A stretch of DNA of 63,457 bases, the filler included, from Saprolegnia diclina VS20 (lineage: Eukaryota): the NCBI RefSeq assembly GCF_000281045.1. It is 9 parts of 3 records of this genome, joined end to end, with 100 filler letters (N's around TTAATTAATTAA, not from the genome) between each part and the next. Parts side by side here need not be neighbours in the genome. Positions count along the whole stretch, not along the records: positions 37,724 to 56,947 come from NW_008246077.1; positions 57,048 to 58,291 come from NW_008246077.1; positions 58,392 to 59,672 come from NW_008246078.1; positions 59,773 to 60,908 come from NW_008246078.1; positions 61,009 to 62,188 come from NW_008246078.1; positions 62,289 to 63,457 come from NW_008246078.1; 3 more parts are not named here. One strand, 5' to 3'. The position numbers and the translations under genes are program-made. The notes under the pieces were generated by a model. It searched no databases. It was not told where the DNA came from and saw nothing but the letters and a program-made list of their open reading frames with translations. Below, one piece after another: positions 54,001 to 63,457 of the stretch. Position 1 is the stretch's first letter. Each line of letters starts with the position of its first letter.

Positions 54001-56413
54001 TTAGGCGCCTCGGTGATTGTCGCGATATTTTGCGAAAAAGTCGAGCATTTTGTCATCGATCTGCGGCGTAATCATCGAGAGCGCCGTCGTAAAGTGCCGT
54101 GACGCGACGGCGCGCGTGCTCGTGTCCTCTTGGATCGCAGCGAGCGCAGCTTCCCGACAAAAGGCGGCGAGCTCCGCGCCAGAGAAGCGGTCGGTCCAGC
54201 GCCCGAGCGCTGCCATGTCAACGTCGGCGTCCAACGGCATCTTGCGCGTGTGGATGCGCAAGATCTCTTCACGGGCAAGTGCATCCGGGGGGCCCACGTA
54301 GAGCACGCGGTCGATGCGGCCCGGTCGCATGAGGGCCGCGTCAATCAGATCTGGTCGGTTGGTGGCCGCGACGATGATGACTTTTTTCAGCGGCTCGATG
54401 CCATCGAGCTCGTTCAAGAGCTGGCTCAAGACACGGTCGCCGACCTATTACGACAGCAGGTATAAGCCAACACGAACATTGTCGTATGTAAACGTACACT
54501 GGACGAGCTTCCTCCGGACCGTGAACTGGCGACCGCGTCGATCTCGTCAAAGAAGACGACGCTGGGCGCGGCGGCACGCGCCTTGGCAAAGATGGACTGG
54601 ATCGCCTTCTCTGACTCGCCGACCCATTTCGAGAAGAGCTCGGGGCCCTTGATCGCGATGAAATTCATACCCCCTTCGGTCGCAAGCGCCTTGGCCGTCA
54701 GCGTCTTGGAGCAACCGGGCGGACCGTAGAGCAAGATGCCTTTCGGCGGACGAATGCCCATGCGCACAAAGGCCTCGGGGTGCTGAAGCGGCCACTCGAC
54801 GGCCTCCTTGAGCTGCTGCTTGATGTTGCCTTGGCCACCAATCTCGCTCCAAAGCACGCGCGGCACGTCCAGCGTAATCTCACGGAGCGCACTCGGGCGG
54901 ATCTTGGCCATCGCGGCGGTCATGTCGCTTGGTAATACCGTCACGTGCTCGATGGACCGCCGCAGCGCCAGCAGCGCCGCCTCCTTGCAGAGCGCGCTGA
55001 GGTCGGCGCCGACGTAGCCGTGCGCGCGGCCCGCAATCACTTCGAGGTCGTCGGTCGAGACCGCGTGCGGCATAGTGCTCAGCGTCTTGCGCAAGATGAG
55101 CAGTCGATCGGCGGCGGACGGGATCGGAATTTCAATTTCACGGTCAAGGCGACCCGGTCGACGCAACGCCGGGTCCAGTGCGTTCGGGCGGTTGGTCGCG
55201 GCCAAGACGACGACGCCAGGCGCTGCATCAAGGCCGTCCATGCACGTCAGAAGCGTCGCAACAACGCGGCGTTCCATGTCGCCGACGTTGGAATCGCGCT
55301 TGGGGCAGAGCGCGTCGATCTCGTCGATGAAGACGAGCGCGGGGCTCTGCGCAGCGGCCGCCTGAAAGATCGCACGCACCTACGCACGGGCCTCGCAATG
55401 AACGTGTGGCAACGAAAATAGTGTCGTACGTTGGCTTCGCTTTCGCCGACAAACTTGCTCACGAGCTCGGGGCCGTTGATCGTAAAGACCTTGGCCTTGG
55501 CGGCGGCAGCGACCGCGCGCGCAATCATGGTCTTGCCCGTGCCTGGCGGACCATACAGAAGGACGCCTTTGGGCGGCGGCAGACCAAAGCGGGCAAACAG
55601 CCCTGGGTTGACGAGCGGCTGCTCGATGAGTTGCCGGACAGCGTCGATCTGGTCGCGCAAGCCACCGATCGCATCAAACGACTGCGCCAACTGTGCTGGC
55701 GCCGGCGTCAGTGACGCAACATTCGCTGTCGTTGTCCAATGAACGGTCGTGGCCGTATTCGCCAAGATGACGTAAATGTTCGTGGCAGTGGGCGCTGAGA
55801 GCGGTGCCTTGCCGACGCAGGTAAGCACCTGGAAGCGCCGGGCCACGCCGTGCACGGAGAGGACCAAGATCGCGTTCTCGAGCAGCATCGCGCCAAGCAG
55901 CATCGAGCGCACGTACGTTGTCAAGAGCACCTGCTCCTTCTCGGCCAGAGACGGAAGGAGTCCTTGCGCATTCGGTAGCGCTTGGAGCGTGATGCCAGTG
56001 GCGACAACACGCGTCACGTGCGGGTGCTTGTACAAGCCGCACACCTCGACCGCGTCGAGGCCGAGCTGCTCCATGGCGTCCTTCCAGACGGACCCGACGA
56101 CGACCATGCCTCGCTTCGTCTTCTCCGAAGGCCACACCAAGCCCGATAGAAGCGCGCGCCCGGGCCCATCGTCGCCACCTGCCGCACAAATCACGATCGC
56201 ATCGCCAGTTGCAAAGCCATGGCCCTTCATATCCGCGAGGTGCATGTTGATGCGCGTGATGATCTGGACCGAGCGCGGGTCCGACGAACCGTGCATGGCG
56301 CGGCCGACCTCAAGCTTGAAGAAGCGCGTGGGCGGTGCCACGTCAGCGGACTTTGTCGGCGCCTTGGCCGCGTCGGTCGCCGGCGGCTGCTTGGCCTTCT
56401 TGTTCTTGGCCAT
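54001..56413 (-). CDS. AFG2: Double-AAA+ ATPase, AFG2/SPATA5 (CDC48 family), 3 exons
   Basis: D1 [15 protein letters not shown]2 [42 protein letters not shown]. Confidence 0.88.
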
Positions 56414-56721
56414 CCTGCAAGATGACTGGCGCAAATCTGCGGCCGTGTCCGGATAATATGCGCCGGATAATATTGCGGTTTCGTTCATGAAACGGTCCAC
56501 TCCTTCAAACCAACGGTCCCTCTGTTGCAAAAATCCGTCGACGGATGTGGCGATCTTCCAAGTTCGATCGCCGCACGAACCTTCCGCTACAAACCCAGCG
56601 CTGCGACGACGCTTACGACCACGTTCGCTGGACCAAGCTGCTACTAGTAGGTACTCTTGCCGGCGAGCAGGGAAACAACGAAAACCTTATAATTAATGCG
56701 CGCGATGCGAAAAGCTCTCTT

Positions 56722-56947
56722 CTACGCGTGCGGGCCTTCGTTTGGGCACGAGCGGTACACGGTCAGGCCTTGAATCCCGCTCTCGAACGCCAGCTTTTGG
56801 CCGGCAGGCACGAAAAACACATGCCCCGTCGACAGTTCCAGCTTGGACGTCAGCGCGTCGTCGTCGTCGGTGGGTGAAAAGTGGGCGTACCCTTGGCCCG
56901 AGAGCACGAGCAAGATCGAAGGACCTGTTGCCGGTGCCAGCGTGTAG
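56722..56947 (-). CDS. Mannose-6-phosphate isomerase (type I), C-terminal fragment
   Basis: GPSILLVLSGQG...LSTGHVFFVPAG...LTVYRS matches the PMI C-terminal cupin; rest lies in gap. Confidence 0.65.
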
Positions 56948-57409
56948 NNNNNNNNNNNNNNNNNNNNNNNNNNNNNNNNNNNNNNNNNNNNTTAATTAAT
57001 TAANNNNNNNNNNNNNNNNNNNNNNNNNNNNNNNNNNNNNNNNNNNNGCAAGGGCCGACGATGGATTCCGATCACGAGCTCGACTAATACACGGCGTTCA
57101 TCAAGAGTGTTGTGTGCGTAGCTTGACGAAGATTGCACAACGACGGTACTCGTCTTGGGTGGATTCATGGCATGTGTAGTAGCTTGACCCCACCCCAAGC
57201 GACCACTCAAGAACCAATTTCAAGCAAGAAGCCGCGATGTCGCGGACGTTGGCGCGGGCAAAGGTGTGGTCTCCGACAAGCTCGCGGCTGCTGCGAGCCC
57301 ACTCGACGCTCGTCGCCGTCAAAGCGTCCATCGCGATGCAGTCCGCGTTTCTCTGGTCCCCGTCCGCAAGAGCACCAAGGGTGTATACAGTCAACGCGTG
57401 TGCATTGGC

Positions 57410-58072
57410 TTAGGTGACGCTGTGCATTTTGCTAAAGCGGGCGCGCGCTTCGACATACTCGGAGTACGTGTCGCGCTTCCGGAAGTGGCTCATGTCCTTC
57501 TCGCGGTTGAGCATTTTCATCTCGGCGTCGTAGCCGAACGCCTCCTTGGTCGTCGTGCTGAGCTTGTACTCGGACGGGATCGGGAGGCCGTGGAGGATCC
57601 CGTTCATGTGCAGCCGCTTCGCCTTTGGAATGGGCTTGGGCGCCACGACCTTGTCCTTTCGCCGACCGTCGCTCATGTCCACCTCGTCGTTGTTGCTCGG
57701 CTTGGCCTACACGCATATAGAGATGGCATCGTCTCCAGCGCATCATCGTCCTACGCGCGACGCTTTCTCGAGTGGTGTCCCATTCACTTCTTTGAGCAGG
57801 CTACACCAGTATCATCTCGCGTGAACCATCTGCATCAATATGCTCGACGAAGGTAGTACGCTGCAATGTCGGCGTCTTTGGCGATCGGGTCGGCGCGAAG
57901 CAGCGCGCGCTCGTCGACGCGCGTCTTCCTGCCCTTGGACGCCGGCTTGGGCGGGTCGGCGAGGATCTCCTTCTCCTTGGTCGTCATCTCTTCGAACGCC
58001 ATCGTCGTGCTCTTCCTAGCCAAAGCCATCATCGACCGTCGTCCGCGCGTTCGCCGTACCAGTCGTTGACAT
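57410..58072 (-). CDS. Hypothetical protein (multi-exon)
   Basis: Coding-like segments (FEEMTTKEKEILADPPKP...; KRLHMNGILHGLPIPSEYKLSTTTKEAFGY...) separated by GT-AG introns. Confidence 0.5.
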
Positions 58073-58391
58073 GGCCCTGGAAGATCGGGTTGCAGAGGCC
58101 GATGGTCTGCTTGAGCGACGCGAGCTCGCGGTCGAGCGCGTCGCCTTCGAGTCCCGTCGCTTGCTGCTGCTGCTGCTTGCGCATGCTGCGTTGGCTCTAT
58201 CTTTAGGTCGCCAACACCGAGCACGAAAGAAAGCAAGACCAAAAAAGCAATATAAAGCAATCGCATGTTGGCAATTACGATCCTGTGGCAANNNNNNNNN
58301 NNNNNNNNNNNNNNNNNNNNNNNNNNNNNNNNNNNTTAATTAATTAANNNNNNNNNNNNNNNNNNNNNNNNNNNNNNNNNNNNNNNNNNNN

Positions 58392-58868
58392 GACGAGACT
58401 GCAGAGTAGATTCATTTGTGCCGGCGTGTAAAAGATCAAGCCCGGCGTGCCCAGCAGAAACGAGCCGAGGCATGCATCTCGGGTAAGCGGCGCCACCAAC
58501 GAGGGATAGAGCACCTGCCGCATCACTTGCACGTCGTTGGTCCAGTCGGTGAAGTACGTGGCGCCCTGCGGCAGCGTTGCGTTGTTGTACAGTCGTTGGT
58601 CCAAAGCAAGCGTGTGCGCGCTCAAGTCGGAAAAATTGTTAAATGTGTCTGGCAGGACGGGCGGCGCGCGCCAAGGAAGGTACTCGGAGATGTACGCCTT
58701 CATGGGCTAGTCTCGGGATAAGGTCATGATGAGGTGAGGCGAGGAGGGTACCATGGATGCAATGTTGAGGAACGAGCAAGTACTGAAAAAGAGACCGACG
58801 TAGTTGCACCTCACAGCGTAGCGCCGCGTTGGCGTCGGTAGTCGGCTGCTGTCGGCCACGCGCGGCAT
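58392..58868 (-). CDS. Oomycete membrane-protein family member, N-terminal fragment
   Basis: YVGLFFSTCSFLNIASM|PMKAYISEYLPW joined across a short intron; runs into gap. Confidence 0.55.
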
Positions 58869-59772
58869 GGAAGCGGAAAAGGCGCGGACTCGTGCCGAAC
58901 GATTTCGTTGCCCTTCGAAACGACTGGAAAGTCCCAAAATACCTCGGTTGCCGACGTTTCTACCACAACAATAAACGACGTGCCAACGACAAACACCAAA
59001 ATTGATGGAGAACCCAGAAGAGTACACTGCAGCTTCGAGTTCTTTGCTGCATCTTTCTCGAAACATCAGACATGCACATCTGCAGAATGTAGAGTCTTTA
59101 GTCTGTATGAGCCTCGTACCACGAGTGTGTTGCGATCACGACGTAGTGAGATGCTCTTAGACTGCGATCTTGCATCCCTGGCTTTGATTTTGATTGGCTG
59201 AATGATAATTGCTCACGGGCCAATGAAAACGCACGTCAAGTGCCACCGCAACTGCCAGCACATTCCAAACCCACGTGGCAACGCGAGCGGGATAGGAAGC
59301 TCGGGCGAGGATACCGTCTCTATCAATCGCTGTGAAGCTTGCAACTCAAGCGTACTGGGCAGGCTCAAGTCGCTGTGCTCTGGTGCACGGGGAGAGGGAG
59401 ACCTGCGCTCTTGACACCGAGGACGTCCCATGGTCGCGACTTGAAGATCCGTGCATGATTGGTATTGGCGCCACGTGTTTCTACCCTTCCGAACCCTTCG
59501 TGTGGAGACCGCGTTTGCGAAATCTCGGCAAAGGCGCACCTAATTTTGATCATACGACGCGAAGGGTCGTCTCTGATGTGGTGCTTGCAGTGCAACAGTC
59601 CTCAGCGTAGCATGCATTCTCACGTTGTTGTTGAAGTGGGTCTTCTATTAAAATAGATACGTAAATCTACGCNNNNNNNNNNNNNNNNNNNNNNNNNNNN
59701 NNNNNNNNNNNNNNNNTTAATTAATTAANNNNNNNNNNNNNNNNNNNNNNNNNNNNNNNNNNNNNNNNNNNN

Positions 59773-60006
59773 GAGGCGCTCAAGCCCAGCGTCATCGTGC
59801 CGGGCCACGCGATCGTCGGTGATGTCGCCGACATTGACTCGCCCGCGTTCACGGCCAAGTACATTCGCGACTTTGACATCGAGACGCCCAAGGCCAAGAA
59901 CAGCACGGACCTAATTGCGGCCATGACGGCGTTGTATCCCAAGGCCGGCAGCGTCACCAGTCTCGAGATCAGCGCCAAGGTCGCCAAGGGCGAATTGAAG
60001 TGGTAG
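59773..60006 (+). CDS. Metallo-beta-lactamase-fold hydrolase, C-terminal fragment
   Basis: ALKPSVIVPGH (MBL last His motif)...FTAKYIRDF...LIAAMTALYP...LEISAKVAKGELKW. Confidence 0.7.
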   Translation, partial: EALKPSVIVPGHAIVGDVADIDSPAFTAKYIRDFDIETPKAKNSTDLIAAMTALYPKAGSVTSLEISAKVAKGELKW

Positions 60007-61259
60007 AGATTGTGTCAGCAGCATCCTCTAATTTCTGCATCAATTCTGTTTATTTACTATCAAGTATGGATTCGATTCGTTTTCTCGAAGCTACAAGGTT
60101 GATCATCAGCGTTGACAGTGAGGCCGAAGACAACTGGAATGATGGCCGCACAGTCACGGCGGCAATGTCACGGAAAGAGTGATGCGTGGATCATGCGATT
60201 CACCAAGGAGCATAAATGTATTTATGCTCCTTGAATTCATGTATTTGGACATTGGAAACAAAACATCATTGGCGGGGACTCTCCGTGACGATCGCTCGTC
60301 GACCGTTTCGGCGCTACGGATCACGTGGCAGACTGACATTTGCCAGCAGTCTTTGCGTTCGAATTTGGGTAGGATGGCACACCAGGCATTCACAAAGCAA
60401 ATAAATTTATGCATGACGCAGGCGGTGTGCGGTCGTCAATAGTTGGAAACGAGGCTTTTACTGTATTGGTTTGTTCGTTGCGTTGCACTCAGCCATAAAA
60501 CTGCGCACGGACAATTTAGATTCTTCGAGTTGCTGCCAAATCGACCACCCCTGGATGAACTAGTCCGATTATCGGACACCGGCGTTGGAGGGTTAACGAC
60601 TGAGGATGGACCTCATTGTACATGTTGTGCGAGTCGAGGGCGTGGCTACGGCGCAACAGTGGCAAGGGTGTTGCTTCGAGTTATCGGCCACGCTTTGAGT
60701 ATCGACAACGACCAGAAAATCAAGTGGTACTTCCAGGCGCAGCAAGGAAGCTGAGTTTTTGCCGTCCAGATAGACGCGATGAGTCGACAGTAGGCTAGTT
60801 AGTCAATTTGCATTTAGCTTTGTCGATCCTAACTCGCCACGCCACTCCTAATGGCTAGCGGTCAATCGAGTCGTCTATTGCCCCACTCAAGCGTTTTACA
60901 AGGCGAAANNNNNNNNNNNNNNNNNNNNNNNNNNNNNNNNNNNNNNNNNNNNTTAATTAATTAANNNNNNNNNNNNNNNNNNNNNNNNNNNNNNNNNNNN
61001 NNNNNNNNGTCGTGTGGAAATGAGCCATATCGCGACAACCTGGATTTGTCCGGGTTGCACCATCTGGTGACAAGTTGTGTGATGTTATCCATTACACACA
61101 TTTAGTCTGGTTACCCTAGAATCGATTTCATGGACGCGGGTTCACAAGATGGATATTCTTCAAGAAATCATGGGTTTGCGGAGGGGCGGAAATGCCGGAT
61201 AAACCCCTGAAATTTAATTCAACTGACAACCATTGAAACCATCCCCACAATCAGATTGG

Positions 61260-61720
61260 CGATGGGCTCAACGCTGCCGACGGGGCCAAGGAGGTGCACG
61301 AACCCGGCAGGTCGAACGACGGTCTAGGACGCCAAGAAGGAACCAACAACCGAGCACACGTTCGAGAGCCACACGTACGCACAGAGTACGTCATCCTTGT
61401 CTTCCTCGACAAGATCTCAATGAAGGCGACGACCGACATATACTTCCCCGACCGCGACGCCAAAGGACGCGAGTTGGTTCGAGCGACGATCTCGTCGTGG
61501 GGCCAACATGCGTCGCTCGAGCATCACGTTCTTCGCAGCCCATCATGTACCGGCATCCCCGCAACTACCGGCCGCATTGCAAAGTACTGGCGAACGAGGT
61601 CGAGGGCCAGATCGTGGCCTGGGTCCTGGAGATGCGTAGCGACGGCGTTCCCGTGACGCACCTCATGGTGCACTTGAAGGCGAAAGAGGTCGCGTCCGAC
61701 CACGTTTTGTATCTTTCACA
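61260..61720 (+). mobile_element. pogo/Tigger-type transposase remnant (CENP-B/Tc5 HTH), frameshifted
   Basis: KVLANEVEGQIVAWVLEMRSDGVPVTHLMVHLKAKEVA matches the Tc5 HTH pattern; no DDE domain follows. Confidence 0.6.
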
Positions 61721-62549
61721 TAGATTTGCTTTTTGTACGGGAGCGCATTTGCAAAACACAGCGAAACACTTAGCTCGTGCAGTCGAGGTTCTCCGGTTGA
61801 GTCCCCTCGGAACTTGATACCGGCCCTGTTTTTGCTCTGCTGATGATCGCGACCCAAAACCACCCATATCACGATTAACTTGATTTCACTATGACCTCAC
61901 AGTGGTATCGGGAGGAAGGACGCCACATTTTCGTCAAATTCGGATGTCGCACAGCGTCCATGAAATCGATTCTAGGGTACCGGTACAGTGTATAATGCAT
62001 GTTTCTTCGGTTGCACCAAGATCACGTTGCCGATCGTGCTGCACCGCTCCAGTCCGCCGCCTCAGTCGCAGGCGTCTCTTGAGAACCTCAACAAACTGCG
62101 TAGCTTTGCCGCCGACCGCGTCACCCGAAAGGACTTCCTCTCGTCCAGTGCCTCACCCGCGGCCATAAGCGTCGTTGGCGACGACAGANNNNNNNNNNNN
62201 NNNNNNNNNNNNNNNNNNNNNNNNNNNNNNNNTTAATTAATTAANNNNNNNNNNNNNNNNNNNNNNNNNNNNNNNNNNNNNNNNNNNNCGACGAGTTGCC
62301 CCACGCTCTTCGAGACGGCCCATAGTACTAGTATGCGCTACCTTGTCCGTCACACAATCCAGCACCACGACCACTAACGTCCACGCGTGTACTAGTAGCA
62401 TCGTACAGCAGCCCATCCGCTTGACGTACCGACCACGCTTCACGAAAGCATATGATAGTCCACCATGCCTTTCTAATTGCATGTACTAGTACGAACTCAT
62501 TTCAACAACAAGTGCTGCTTCAGGAGTCGTCGCTTTTCCGTCTCGCATT

Positions 62550-63100
62550 TTATACTATAGAAGTACAAAAAAAGAGTGGCTCTGGATTCTGTTCAAAGTA
62601 AGAAAAAGACAATGGGCCACGACCAGAGAACTGCGGCATCAAGGCGCGGGGCGAGAAGCACCAATTGAGCCCACGCCACGATTGTGAACAAGGTGGCGTG
62701 CTCGGGTAATGCTGTGGTGACGAACGGGAAGAAGACCCAGATCCATCCCCACGTGATATGACCCTCGAGCCGCAGCACGAGAAAGATGTGGTGCATCGTG
62801 ATGCCACTGTATATGATCAAGTGGGCTCTAAGCAAGCCAGCAAAATAGTCCCAAATCGTAGTTGAGTGCTCCATACACGTACATGGTTCGCGAGAGTAGT
62901 GTTTTGGTTGCCACTGGCCAGCTTGGAATCGCTCGAATGCAATAGACGAGGCACGTGGCGTCCACAAGCCACACAAGCAGAAAGAGTGAGCGCCACTGCC
63001 AACCCAGCGCGCCGTCGATTTTGAAGCTGACGCACACTATACAGCGCAGAGCGTCACCTCCTTTCAATACCGACCTTTTCGCAAGTACACGCAGTGAGGA
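62550..63100 (-). pseudogene. TMEM185/Fragile-X-F-like membrane protein, disrupted or intron-split
   Basis: FKIDGALGWQWRSLF, LRLEGHITWGWIWVFFPF and RLDAAVLWSWPIVFF repeats lie in two frames. Confidence 0.45.
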
Positions 63101-63457
63101 GGGCGCGAAGGAGGAGGAGGAGGCCAAGACCAAAGACACATTGCTTGGCACAAGCAGAGTCGGCGTCGTCTAGCGCGCTACACACGCTGCCAGTACGTTT
63201 GATATAACTTTAATAGCATCTTTTTATATTGATCGTTGCCAACGAGAGTAGCACAAGCGGCGTGAAGGAAGAATCCATGAATTCCTCCAACGCAAAATAG
63301 CGATTTATGATTAAAGAAAACTTACGAGCATTAGATCCTCTTGACCCACCAGACCGAAAACACATTGAGATGTTATGTATCTCGCGGGGTACTAGTACTA
63401 GGGTTTGGCAAACATCCACTGGAGCTGCGTACGATGCAGAGCCTCGGGCGCCAGAGC

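Overview
Eukaryotic, GC-rich, gene-dense DNA with short GT-AG introns. Gene content (AA17 LPMO, DAP-pathway DHDPS, expanded LRR, ankyrin-like and multi-TM families) points to an oomycete, most likely Saprolegniales (inference). It is a gapped draft scaffold: several 100-nt gaps carry an artificial TTAATTAATTAA linker, so adjacency across them is uncertain. Recognisable genes: U2 snRNA, AA17 LPMO, IQ/WW protein, DHDPS, BUB1, a cluster of four ankyrin-like paralogs, a tectonin-like protein, an intronless ~2170-aa MACPF-like + VLIG/GVIN-type GTPase, an LRR protein, a giant Cys-rich secreted protein, EMC3, two TALE homeobox genes, METE, AFG2/SPATA5, and fragments of PMI, an MBL-fold hydrolase and a pogo transposase. 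Top finding: a head-to-head pair of TALE homeodomain genes 101 bp apart, one KNOX/MEIS-like and one BELL-like, both starting MTLPN within a 14/15-nt inverted repeat. The layout recalls HD1/HD2 mating loci and KNOX/BELL life-cycle switches. All family calls come from motif recognition by eye; no searches were run.
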